Shown one piece after another: positions 16,842 through 26,264 of a stretch of 64,000 nt of DNA. The notes under the pieces are model-generated. The model did no database searches. It saw only the letters and a list, made by a program, of their open reading frames with translations, and was not told where the DNA came from. The stretch comes from an uncultured virus (IMG/VR IMGVR_UViG_3300033994_000436) (taxonomy: Duplodnaviria; Heunggongvirae; Uroviricota; Caudoviricetes), in IMG/VR virus record IMGVR_UViG_3300033994_000436. One strand, given 5' to 3'. A program made the position numbers and the translations under genes. Within the stretch, counting starts at the first letter, position 1. Each line of letters begins with the position of its first letter.

Positions 16842-18491
16842 TTATTTAGCAGTCCATCCCACGTTGCCTGTTCCGCTCTCCTTTACGAAGAAAGTCGTGG
16901 AAGTGCCGCCAGAAGAGTTAATGTAGCAAGTTCCCACTGGAGCCGATAGATTGCCCTCTGGTGAAACTGTTCCAGTCCAAATGTAGCTAAATGGCCTCCA
17001 TGTGCCAGACGTTCCAGATGCCGTACACAACCACCCAATCGTAGTACCGATTGAGGGAAATTGAGAAAGGAGTAACTGCCCTCGTTTCCACGTTCCAACA
17101 GTCGGGATGGTATTAGCATAAAGAGCGTCATTAGGAGTTGTTGTAGTCAACCTTTGGAGGAAAGGGCCAGCATCCACCCTCATGCTTCCTTTACTCAAAT
17201 TCACATTTAGGTTGGTAATGTTCTGAGCAAAGAAAGCCGCAGGACTAAGTGTCACGCCGTCATTTTGCATGAGGCTTACGTTAAATTCCCCAAAGCTACT
17301 AAGTTTTGTTGGAGAAGTTGGGAAGGTCGCCCGAAAAACGTCACTAGATGTAAGCGAACTTGTAGTGTCTATCAATCGAATGTTAACACTGCCGATGTTG
17401 TATCCGAGGCACGATGTGAAATCCGCCCAGCCTGAAGGGGTTTGCCCTGTCTTATAGTAGTACGTCAGATCAATCGATCCAATGTTGAGATAACCTGTAG
17501 TTCCTCGCCCAAGATAGCATAAGCTGTCAGCGTTAGTTAGTTCCCCCATGATTCTTCCAATAGAAAGAGACTTGCATGTATTTACATCACGATTCTTAAA
17601 CAATCCTTTTATGTTTGAATCTTTAATAATGAGATTTCCAATATAAACATCGTTGCAATTATCAACTGCTACGGCAGAATTAAACCCAGAATCAATAATT
17701 GCGTCTCCGATATTCAAATCGCCACCAATAACTACGATTGGTTCATCTTCTCCTTTATATCGTATCGTTCCAACAGATAACTTTCCAGATGTATTATAGA
17801 TCCCATTATCACCAGCCCCATCTAGGTCTATGGATTGTACGGAATTACTACCTGTTCCTACACATACAACACCACTGCGTACGTTTAGTCCACGAACACT
17901 CCCAACAATGTTTGCGTCAGAACCTCCCGCAAAAGTAAGTAATTGAGGAGATGAAGCATTAGATTGTCCTGTATTTAATAAATTCCTACCGACAATCTCA
18001 CCTATCTCGTTGCCAACCCCAGAAATCTTCACAGCCCCACTGACGTTTGCCGATGCTACAGAACTTAGATTTCTGACTGCAATTCGTGAAAACGTGTTCC
18101 TAGTTCCTGTGACATGGAGCATTAACTCTGGTGATGCGGCGTTTGCATCAATGTTCAGATTACCAAAAAGATCATTTCCAGAGCATCGAACAATATAATC
18201 AGAGTAGGAAGACCCATTGTATTTTATAAAAGCCCCATCTGCCATCTGCCATGAGGTATTCATGTTTATGTTATTCGCAAGATAGATTCCAGCTGGGAAG
18301 GTGATTGCGTAAGCACCTGAATTATTGGCCGCTTGAATTGCCGCCGTATCGTCTGTTACGCCGTCACCCTTTGCCCCAAAGTCTTTGACGTTCACAACGT
18401 CTGCAAACCTATCAGGAAGGCTCCTAGCAGTCGTTGACCCAGTTGCCGTGATCGGCGCGATTACGTTAGATGTGGCTTTTGTGATTGGCAT
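16842..18491 (-). CDS. Tailspike 2 / beta-helix depolymerase
   Basis: VNVKDFGAKGDGVTDDTAAIQAA (pectate-lyase-3-type start), beta-helix composition, C-terminal PEG...APVG...KESGTGN.GW. Confidence 0.85.
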   Translation of the reverse strand: MPITKATSNVIAPITATGSTTARSLPDRFADVVNVKDFGAKGDGVTDDTAAIQAANNSGAYAITFPAGIYLANNINMNTSWQMADGAFIKYNGSSYSDYIVRCSGNDLFGNLNIDANAASPELMLHVTGTRNTFSRIAVRNLSSVASANVSGAVKISGVGNEIGEIVGRNLLNTGQSNASSPQLLTFAGGSDANIVGSVRGLNVRSGVVCVGTGSNSVQSIDLDGAGDNGIYNTSGKLSVGTIRYKGEDEPIVVIGGDLNIGDAIIDSGFNSAVAVDNCNDVYIGNLIIKDSNIKGLFKNRDVNTCKSLSIGRIMGELTNADSLCYLGRGTTGYLNIGSIDLTYYYKTGQTPSGWADFTSCLGYNIGSVNIRLIDTTSSLTSSDVFRATFPTSPTKLSSFGEFNVSLMQNDGVTLSPAAFFAQNITNLNVNLSKGSMRVDAGPFLQRLTTTTPNDALYANTIPTVGTWKRGQLLLSQFPSIGTTIGWLCTASGTSGTWRPFSYIWTGTVSPEGNLSAPVGTCYINSSGGTSTTFFVKESGTGNVGWTAK

Positions 18492-18510
18492 GGTCGTGGA
18501 GGGTTAGGGG

Positions 18511-21060
18511 TTATTTGGATTCTAGTGTTTCAATGCGTTCAGTTAGGTTATTGATGATGCCAGCAAGGGTCTCATTCTGGTCGGACAATTCTTTGACTGA
18601 TTTAATAAGAGGGGCAATGAACTCCTCGTAGCGTAGACCCTGTTCAGAGTTTGGATCGTTCTTGTCGGTGAGAACCCAGCCGCCAAAGTCAGTCCCTTCT
18701 GGAAGTGCGGCCTTCACCTCTTGGGCGAGAAGTCCGTAGTGAACACGCTGACCAGCAATAGGCTCAATCTTCGTGGGGAGACCATTTTCATCGGTCTCAG
18801 TAACAACATTCCCGCCAACCTTGAACTTGTATGATACAGGACGCAAAGAGTTGATGAAATCCAACCCTAGCGAAGAGTCGGCAATCTCAGTTTTCTCTCT
18901 CTGGTCGGAGGTTTGTATCATTCCATTCGCCGCCCAAACAGCCGACCACCTTGCACCCGACTTACCCAAGGTCGTTGCATTGTCTACGTTGGGAGCGACA
19001 GCCCCGCTTCCTTTTCCAGCAAGCCTTAAATCAACATCAGTGTCTGTTCCTGTTGCTTGAACTATCGGTGAAGTTCCAGTGTCAGTTCCTGTTACTTGAA
19101 TCCTATTAACAGAATTTGCGCTTTGCGTTGCAAATAAAGTAAATGAGTTATTTGAGGCATTTACAAGATTGATGCCATTATCAAAAAAACCAATTCTCGT
19201 AGCTGCGCTAGATAAGTTGACCGAAGACCTAATAGAAGCACCTGTTATTCCGTCATTTGCAGGAAATGAAATATCAAAAATTGCCGAGTTGTTGGTTACG
19301 GCGATACTTCCTTTTTCAAGTTGGTTTCCAGAAAACGCATAGTTTGTGATACCTCCATTACTTGTTCCAATAAAAGCCAAAGCATACTGAAACCCTCTTA
19401 CATCGTTAATAACTATGTTAGAATTAAAATTGACTTGATAACATAGACTGTTGACGAATTCCACTGGATTAAGTCCCGATCCAATAGTTCCACAATCTTT
19501 AACTACGTTTCCAATAATGTTTAAATTTTTGGTATCTAAGAACGGATACGCAGGAGTTTGTGTTTCTTTATCTATTCTTATTCCACTTCCGTAACAATTT
19601 TCTATTTGATTGCCTATTACATAAGTATAGTTACATGCGGATAAGCGGATTCCAAGATACTGATTTGAGTTTGAAACGGCTCCGCTTCCAAAAATCTTAT
19701 TATTAGAAATAGTTGTTCCATATATGCCATCTCTACGCCCCATTACCCATATTCCAGTAAGCCCAAAATTTTCTACAATGTTATTAACTATGATTAAATT
19801 CTTTATAGGCCCAAATTGAGAAGGATTATCAATAGTATCAGTTGCTGTTGCTAAAATAGAATATTTTGACAGCCCTTTGCCGTTTAAATAATTATTTTGG
19901 ATAATTCCGTTTTTTGAACCGTCCCATTGGTCAATTACTCCATCAGATGAACCATAAGTTCCAACTTGTTCGCAAACATTGTTCTCAACTAAATAGTATC
20001 GCGTAGCCACATTGCAAACCGCTCCGCCATCAGAAAGTAAATGACAATTTGTAACTTGTGTATATTGGCAGTTATAGAAATAGATTAACTGCCTAGCCCC
20101 TGAAATTGCTCCCACGACAAGACTAAAATCAAAACGCAGGCCATTGATTTTTATGTTTGTGTTTCCTGTTGTGTAATTTTTGTTAATTACAGCCCTTCTT
20201 CCAAAGTTGGGGGATGGGGGTTGATTTGGGTAGGCAGGAGTGCCATTTGGTGTTGAAATCCATTTTAATGAAGTGCAATCATAACCCTCTCCTAACAAAG
20301 TAATATTACTCCCAACGGTGAAAGTTTGAGAACAAGCGTAGAAAGATGAAGTGGATGGGAAAAATACCGTCCCGCCTCCTTGCGTGTTTGCAAAGTCGAT
20401 TGCGGATTGAATAGCCGCTGTGTCATCAGCAATCCCATCCCCAACTGCCCCAAAGTCTTTGACGTTCACAACGTCTGCAAATCGGTTTGCAAGCGTCCTA
20501 GGTGTCGTGCTTCCAGTAGCAACGACAGATGCTGATGAAATCTCTCCCGTGCTTGCCGATCCCATGCAGACGATCACAACCTGTGACCCATTAGGAATCG
20601 CCGTGCTGAACACAATTGTAAATGGGTTGCCAGACGCGATATAGTAATTGCTAGGAGCCTGCACAACGCCGTCGATGTAGACCAAGTATGCTGATGGAAG
20701 CGTAGCAGTAGCATCAGGAATCTGGTAGGTAGTCGTGCTTCCGTTGCCTGTGAACGTCCAGTTCAAGAATGGCGAAAAGACCTGCGTGCCTCCGCTAATA
20801 AACTCGTTAAACACCCGCATGATGTAGCAGAGCAGACCCTCTCCTGCGTTTCGTGGCACTCCGTTAACTGATGCCGTGTTATTAGGATCGCACGGGATGT
20901 TCCACTGCACCCTGCGGTTGACTACCGTCTTGGTAATCGTGCCATAAAGGGCTGTTACTAAGTTATCAATCAGGCTAGGAACCGACTCCGACGAGACGCT
21001 AGGATAAGGAATATCCTTGCGGCAGGCTCCAGCATAGGCAGACGTAGATCCGTTAGACAT
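18511..21060 (-). CDS. Tailspike 1 with beta-helix and C-terminal intramolecular chaperone (peptidase S74)
   Basis: VNVKDFGAVGDG; Asn-rich parallel beta-helix repeats; TSDQREK...LRPVSY...GLLAQEV...LRYEEFIAPLIKSVKEL. Confidence 0.9.
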   Translation of the reverse strand: MSNGSTSAYAGACRKDIPYPSVSSESVPSLIDNLVTALYGTITKTVVNRRVQWNIPCDPNNTASVNGVPRNAGEGLLCYIMRVFNEFISGGTQVFSPFLNWTFTGNGSTTTYQIPDATATLPSAYLVYIDGVVQAPSNYYIASGNPFTIVFSTAIPNGSQVVIVCMGSASTGEISSASVVATGSTTPRTLANRFADVVNVKDFGAVGDGIADDTAAIQSAIDFANTQGGGTVFFPSTSSFYACSQTFTVGSNITLLGEGYDCTSLKWISTPNGTPAYPNQPPSPNFGRRAVINKNYTTGNTNIKINGLRFDFSLVVGAISGARQLIYFYNCQYTQVTNCHLLSDGGAVCNVATRYYLVENNVCEQVGTYGSSDGVIDQWDGSKNGIIQNNYLNGKGLSKYSILATATDTIDNPSQFGPIKNLIIVNNIVENFGLTGIWVMGRRDGIYGTTISNNKIFGSGAVSNSNQYLGIRLSACNYTYVIGNQIENCYGSGIRIDKETQTPAYPFLDTKNLNIIGNVVKDCGTIGSGLNPVEFVNSLCYQVNFNSNIVINDVRGFQYALAFIGTSNGGITNYAFSGNQLEKGSIAVTNNSAIFDISFPANDGITGASIRSSVNLSSAATRIGFFDNGINLVNASNNSFTLFATQSANSVNRIQVTGTDTGTSPIVQATGTDTDVDLRLAGKGSGAVAPNVDNATTLGKSGARWSAVWAANGMIQTSDQREKTEIADSSLGLDFINSLRPVSYKFKVGGNVVTETDENGLPTKIEPIAGQRVHYGLLAQEVKAALPEGTDFGGWVLTDKNDPNSEQGLRYEEFIAPLIKSVKELSDQNETLAGIINNLTERIETLESK

Positions 21061-21068
21061 ATTGGGAA

Positions 21069-21097
21069 CTATTAGGTATCGCCATTAGCTATGTCAA
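21069..21097 (-). promoter_or_regulatory. Promoter of tailspike operon
   Basis: TTGACA-17 nt-TAATAG. Confidence 0.6.
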
Positions 21098-21106
21098 TAA
21101 CTAATG

Positions 21107-22399
21107 CTATCGTTGCTCAATCCAAGTCATTGCCGCAACTGCCGATTTGTTATTGGTCGAACACGCTCCAACGATTGTTAAAGTGTCGCTTACGGTTCCC
21201 ATAGCACTGCGCCCAATCTGATATTGAGTGTCCTTGTTGATGGCAATAGTTCCACCTGCGCCTGCCATCACAAAGCCGGAATCAATGCTAATACCACCAG
21301 AAAATCCAGTTGCCGTGGCGTTGTACTGGGTAAACGAATTGGTGTCCTCCATGTCGTTCCATGATCCTCCAGTCACGGTAGCGTTTCGGATCAGTTTGTA
21401 AAAGATGCTGGTGTTATCAACCGTAGCCACCTGATAGTACTGAGGAAGCACAACTCCCTGAAGATCAGCGGACTTTAGCCTAATGGAAAGCAGGTGAGTA
21501 AATGTATTAACAGATCCTGTGTTAACGCCAGTAATGGCCGTCTGGACGTTTTGCGCTACACCTAGCTTCTCTGGCTGTCCTTCGCTGATTAGTGAATTAG
21601 ATCCCTGAGACATCACGAAAGGCCCACCAGCTTGACCGCCTGTAAGGTTCTTGATCTCGACGCGAATAGGCAGGAACGGAGTCTTGCACCAAACAGAAGG
21701 AAGCACATTCGCGGTATCAAATGTATGGACAATGATGGTCTCTCCTGCGATCAGCCATCCAATCTTGACTTGTCCAGCACCATACCAATCGTATTCAAAG
21801 CTGACCATCTGTTGCTTGGTAGGGTCAGCAACAATTCCGCTAGGGCCATTGCCGTCCAGCTTGTCGCCATTCCAATTCTCCCTGCCAACACGCTGTGAGG
21901 TTCCGCCAGTGTTCATGATGCCGCAATAGTAATTGCCATCTCCGCCGTCTTCAAAATACACGCCGTCAGTCCCGTTGTTTATCCCAAACCTGCGCCTGAT
22001 TCCTGACACTGGCACATTTAGTTTAATGGAAAAGGAAAGGGTGCTGGTACGACTGGGGATGTACCTCATAACGTGGAGCGTCTGCCGTACGACCTCGCTG
22101 TTGATCGTGCTTGTTACGCTCATGTCAACGCCTGAGTTGTTCGGGTTGTGCGTAGCGACACCCCCTGATGCAGTTGACTCATCCCACACATCGGTTTCTT
22201 TCCCGTACTGGAAGGTATTAAAGAACACGGTCTGATAGGGGCTGACCTTGAGCCTGCCCTTGCCAGTAAAATTCATGCGAGGATCTTCGGGAGCAGAAGC
22301 CGAAGCCGTGTTTGAAATAACCCTATTCAACAATTCCAAAACGTACTGCCGGAAGTTGGCAGTAGACAGGTTGCTTTGAAATGACGACTGGAATGACAT
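21107..22399 (-). CDS. Putative virion structural protein (all-beta)
   Basis: 430 aa, Gly/Ser/Thr-rich; GRLKVS, RRRFG, YDWYGAG, WIEQR; own TTGACATAGC promoter. Confidence 0.55.
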   Translation of the reverse strand: MSFQSSFQSNLSTANFRQYVLELLNRVISNTASASAPEDPRMNFTGKGRLKVSPYQTVFFNTFQYGKETDVWDESTASGGVATHNPNNSGVDMSVTSTINSEVVRQTLHVMRYIPSRTSTLSFSIKLNVPVSGIRRRFGINNGTDGVYFEDGGDGNYYCGIMNTGGTSQRVGRENWNGDKLDGNGPSGIVADPTKQQMVSFEYDWYGAGQVKIGWLIAGETIIVHTFDTANVLPSVWCKTPFLPIRVEIKNLTGGQAGGPFVMSQGSNSLISEGQPEKLGVAQNVQTAITGVNTGSVNTFTHLLSIRLKSADLQGVVLPQYYQVATVDNTSIFYKLIRNATVTGGSWNDMEDTNSFTQYNATATGFSGGISIDSGFVMAGAGGTIAINKDTQYQIGRSAMGTVSDTLTIVGACSTNNKSAVAAMTWIEQR

Positions 22400-22456
22400 G
22401 GCGGAGCAATAGCCTCCGAAATCCGCTATGTCAATAGCTAATTATTAGTCCAACTA

Positions 22457-22675
22457 TTAGTCAAGTGTTAGACCGCGATCCAGAACCTCATATGTAACGG
22501 CGTTCAAGAAATCTTCTAATGCTTCATCAGCACTTTTGTAGTTGTGACCATGCTTGCGAGCATTACGCAATTCCCTGTGCAGGCTATGCACAATGGACTT
22601 CCACTCATGCCCATGCAATGCGTCGTGGTGTTCTAGGCTCTCTTCCGGCAGGTTAAACGATAGTGTTGCTTTCAT
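22457..22675 (-). CDS. Conserved small phage protein
   Basis: MKATLSFNLPEE start typical of a common phage family. Confidence 0.65.
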   Translation of the reverse strand: MKATLSFNLPEESLEHHDALHGHEWKSIVHSLHRELRNARKHGHNYKSADEALEDFLNAVTYEVLDRGLTLD

Positions 22676-22828
22676 TTGTTTATAGGTTTGCGGCCTTGCG
22701 GCGGCGTGTTGCTTTCTGTCCTCGTCGATAGATCTTTCTTGTTTTCTTGTAGATCATACAGCAAAAGATGCAAAACCCTATTAGAAACAAAATAGAGGTG
22801 GCATGACCTATTGCTGAGATGTCTGAAG

Positions 22829-23440
22829 TCATTGAATATCTGGGTCTATTATCTCTTTCAGGCTGTCTAGGTTAACGTGATCCTTGGGTATCTCTATGTC
22901 GGCATAGTGCGACAGGTCTTCCTGCTCCTGCGGCGGCTCCGGCAATGCTCTCACCTCCGGCTCGTTATTCTCAGCAACAAGCTCTTTCCACTCCGCTTCC
23001 ATAGCAGGCGACAAGTTGGTATTTCTGCCAACCATCTTCCACTCCAGCTTGAGTGTCGGGCCTTGGCTAATCTGCACCTGATCAGGCGCGAAATCGCCAG
23101 CCAGCTTCGCATCCAGTTGCATAGCCGCCAGCCTGTCAAAGATGGCCTCCACCTTGCCGTCAGCCTTCCTGACAATCTTGGTGGGGATCTCTCCCTCTGC
23201 CATTCTCCTAGCCAAGTCCCTGCGCCTTCCAGCCTCCATTGCAAACTGGCTGTCTATCAACTCGCGCATCTCCGCGATCCTAGCCTTCACCTCCGGCTTC
23301 CTGTACAACTCGCTGGCGTGTACACGAATCGAATCCGGCGTTTGGTCTGGGTAACACTTGCGGTATGCCTCCGCCTGCCCAAGACCTTGGATCATCAGGC
23401 GTGCAAAGCGTTCGTGACGTTGATTTGAAAGTGCTTTCAT
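22829..23440 (-). CDS. terS: Terminase small subunit
   Basis: LSNQRHERFAR...AEAYRKCY...ASEL..KPEVKARIAEMR helix-turn-helix pattern. Confidence 0.75.
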   Translation of the reverse strand: MKALSNQRHERFARLMIQGLGQAEAYRKCYPDQTPDSIRVHASELYRKPEVKARIAEMRELIDSQFAMEAGRRRDLARRMAEGEIPTKIVRKADGKVEAIFDRLAAMQLDAKLAGDFAPDQVQISQGPTLKLEWKMVGRNTNLSPAMEAEWKELVAENNEPEVRALPEPPQEQEDLSHYADIEIPKDHVNLDSLKEIIDPDIQ

Positions 23441-23586
23441 TAAAGTGTATTTAGATTTCTCTTATGTAGGATTGGGTTCATCACGCAGTAGTTAATGACC
23501 ATTTTACTCTTTTGCAATGTTATTTTCTTGACACTCACATTGCTAATGGTTCTTAAATATCTCCGTTATTGCATCAGTTGGTTGCA

Positions 23587-24066
23587 TTAGTTTAGATAGT
23601 ATCCGTTGTTGATGTTGATAAAAATGCAGGTGTCGAGCATGGTTCCGCCGTTACAGCACTTGGATGTTTTCCTACGTTCGATACGCATGGGGTGGATGTA
23701 GTTTCCCTTGTCGTCGGTTATCTTGATGGCGATTACCTTGCGGTCTGGAACTAGGTATAAGAATCCCCAGAGAGGAACTGCTAATGCTTTTGATAGTGAT
23801 GCGCCGGAGTTGATCTTGTGGTGAGAGATAAGCCATTCGTTATTGTATTTGTCTTTGAAGTCGCTGGCTGTTTCGCGGCGGCACTTTGATTCATAGATTG
23901 CTACTAGCTCGTTATTCTTTACTACGAAGCCGTCGATGAGTGCGGCACGGGTTATTGGTGTGTGGAAGAACTGGGATGATTGGTAAGTTGTTTTGAGGAT
24001 GTCTAGCATATCCCGCTCTTCTTGCACTGATTCCTGACCACGAGGCGTGTTGATGTCTAGGCTCAT
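23587..24066 (-). CDS. PD-(D/E)XK nuclease-like protein
   Basis: IDGFV...IYESKCR motif. Confidence 0.6.
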   Translation of the reverse strand: MSLDINTPRGQESVQEERDMLDILKTTYQSSQFFHTPITRAALIDGFVVKNNELVAIYESKCRRETASDFKDKYNNEWLISHHKINSGASLSKALAVPLWGFLYLVPDRKVIAIKITDDKGNYIHPMRIERRKTSKCCNGGTMLDTCIFININNGYYLN

Positions 24067-24212
24067 ATCTGGTCGTGTGGTTAGTCTTGGGTGAATGCTG
24101 TGTCCTGTGCGTTGCGTCCATCCAGCCCCTGCAGGATATCTGATGCAACGTGTCCGTAGAGGTGTTGTGGAACTGATGCGTTAAGGCAATGGTGGTTCAT
24201 CAGGGTCTGGTT

Positions 24213-24506
24213 CTATGGATTGCTTAATTTTCTTTTTATCTTTTTTATTTCTGTAAGAAGGTAACTCAAGCATTGAATGGTAAGTACATCTCGTATTTTT
24301 GCTAACTCATTCTCTTCAATGTGCTTACTGTTTAATTCAAGCCAGTACAAGTGTTCTTCAATCTTATCAAGGTCTCTTTGGTTTTCTTCTTCTTGATTTA
24401 GAACTTGCCATCCTTTTCCTTTTCTAAAAATCATCTTGGTGTTGGGATCTAGTTTAGGAATTGGATATTTCATTTCCTCATTCGGGTCTGATGTGTCTGT
24501 TGTCAT
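24213..24506 (-). CDS. Hypothetical protein
   Basis: ATGA-coupled ORF, AT-rich. Confidence 0.55.
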   Translation of the reverse strand: MTTDTSDPNEEMKYPIPKLDPNTKMIFRKGKGWQVLNQEEENQRDLDKIEEHLYWLELNSKHIEENELAKIRDVLTIQCLSYLLTEIKKIKRKLSNP

Positions 24507-24988
24507 TTGTTTTTTAATGCGACTAGTTTCTGGTACAGGACATCCATTTTATTGAAATGAATTTCATTCTCGTAGATGCGAGCATACCAAAGTGCGTCTT
24601 TTGCAATTTCGATAGCTGTGTCGAGTTTTTCACGAAGTGATTCGACCTCGGCATCTAGCTCATCCCGCTCGTCGGTTAGCATCTCAATAACAAAAGCCTT
24701 GTTGCATTCTTCGCAACCCTCTCCAAGAGCCTTCTCTCTGAAGGTTTCACACTTGCAACCAAATGGTCGTTTAGTAAGCCTCTCGACCTCGGCCAGTGAT
24801 GCGGAGAGTTCGCTCAGCAGTTGGGTGTTCTCGTTGGAGTAACAGATATTGCTACGCACAAGGCACGATCCGATAACCTCATCATACCAAGGTTCTGTTC
24901 CGCAGGTGTATCCTTCAACTGGAAGTTCAAATGCTTCAGCCCCGCAATGGGGGCAGGCATCTGTGCGTGGTGTGTCGGTTATTGTCAT
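24503..24988 (-). CDS. Mosaic accessory protein (TDTPRTD / EVERL modules, CxxC)
   Basis: Overlapping start/stop chain; shares modules with neighbours. Confidence 0.65.
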   Translation of the reverse strand: MTITDTPRTDACPHCGAEAFELPVEGYTCGTEPWYDEVIGSCLVRSNICYSNENTQLLSELSASLAEVERLTKRPFGCKCETFREKALGEGCEECNKAFVIEMLTDERDELDAEVESLREKLDTAIEIAKDALWYARIYENEIHFNKMDVLYQKLVALKNK

Positions 24989-25332
24989 TTGATTTCAGAT
25001 TTGAGTGCGGCGAGGGTGGCGCACACCTCATTTATCTCCGTTTCCGTTACCCATCCATCTTTTCCAGAATATTCCTCGTCCTCATTCCAGCCGCCAGTAT
25101 CTAGGTACTTACACGCTGTTTCAGCAATCTCGACGGATCGTTTTAGAAGCTCACGGAGCCTTGCGACCTCGTTGGTTTTCTCCTCATATTCGTTTAGGGT
25201 TCGGCAAAGCGATCCCAAGTCATAGTTGTCATACTTGCGGTTATCCCAGAGGTAGGGAGTGATCCCGTCCTCTTCGCTTATTTTGATCTCCCATCGGAGC
25301 CTTGCGACCTCGTTGTTGGTGTCTTGGTTCAT
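24985..25332 (-). CDS. Mosaic accessory protein (NEVARLR x2)
   Basis: Overlapping start/stop chain; internal 21-nt repeat. Confidence 0.65.
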   Translation of the reverse strand: MNQDTNNEVARLRWEIKISEEDGITPYLWDNRKYDNYDLGSLCRTLNEYEEKTNEVARLRELLKRSVEIAETACKYLDTGGWNEDEEYSGKDGWVTETEINEVCATLAALKSEIK

Positions 25333-25976
25333 TTGTCGGTGGGGTTGATTGCTTCCTTGATCTGGTTGTAGTTGTTTGAGTTCAAGTAGTTTTTCTCAGT
25401 CAGGAGGAGCTTCAGCCTCTCGACCTCGGCCTCTGCCTTCTTGATCTCATTTAGAGCAAAGGCTAGTGACTGACGGCGTGATTCCGATTCTGCCTCGGCT
25501 TTCTCTGCTCGCTTGCAGGCAATACGAAACTCGGTATCTAGGAACGAATTGATGTCCTGTGATTGGAGCAAGTCGCATTCTGTTTTTAGGAGCTGGTGGT
25601 TTAGCTTTGCGATCTCGGCCTTCGTTTCTTTCAACTCCTTTTGCAACTTGTCTGCGTGTTCCCAGATCGTGCCAGCAGGGTCTTGTCCCTCGGCAATGTG
25701 AGCGTTTCGAAGGTCGATATATTTCTTTTTCCATTCACGCCACCCTGAAGCCTTGAATGCCATTTCAAGGATTTCCTTGTGGGTTCTGCGGCCATCGTCA
25801 CCAAGGGCATTGCGGATTTCTTTAATCTCGGCTTGTGCCTTGCATTGGTTATCTAATGAAACGGCAAGCTCTAGTTCAAGTTGTCTGGCAAAGTCTTTAT
25901 CCACGACATCACACATTTCGTGATGGTGAAATGCCGTCCATATTTGCTCATCCGTGCGTGGTGTGTCGGTTGTCAT
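25329..25976 (-). CDS. Mosaic accessory coiled-coil protein (TDTPRTD...FARQLE)
   Basis: Overlapping start/stop chain. Confidence 0.7.
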   Translation of the reverse strand: MTTDTPRTDEQIWTAFHHHEMCDVVDKDFARQLELELAVSLDNQCKAQAEIKEIRNALGDDGRRTHKEILEMAFKASGWREWKKKYIDLRNAHIAEGQDPAGTIWEHADKLQKELKETKAEIAKLNHQLLKTECDLLQSQDINSFLDTEFRIACKRAEKAEAESESRRQSLAFALNEIKKAEAEVERLKLLLTEKNYLNSNNYNQIKEAINPTDK

Positions 25977-26264
25977 TTATTTATTTTGTTTGTTGTGGCT
26001 ACTGGACATATGCCATCCGGCGCATTCGTCGCAGAAGTATGCTCGTAAGAAACTGGTTCCTCCGAATCCGGCTCGCAGTCGGTGCTTGATAGCATCATCG
26101 CACTTGGCTTGGGATGTAAAGACAGATTTTCCGCACGGGCCTTTTTTAGGCTTCTCTCGCATCTGGATCAATCCCATCTCTGCGGCTTCCCTTCGGTTTA
26201 TTGGAGGTAGTTCTGGAGTTTCCAGCCCTAGCTCGTTGAGGATGTTGTCGATTGCTTTGCTCAT
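25977..26264 (-). CDS. Small Zn-binding protein (start MSKAIDN)
   Basis: CGK...RAYFCDECAGWHMS motif; ATGA overlap. Confidence 0.65.
   Translation of the reverse strand: MSKAIDNILNELGLETPELPPINRREAAEMGLIQMREKPKKGPCGKSVFTSQAKCDDAIKHRLRAGFGGTSFLRAYFCDECAGWHMSSSHNKQNK

Noticed and set aside
16842..21060. Diversity-generating retroelement or invertase shufflon acting on tailspikes
   Set aside because: No reverse transcriptase or recombinase in the window; the shared 36-nt repeat is direct, exact and lacks adenine-specific mismatches.
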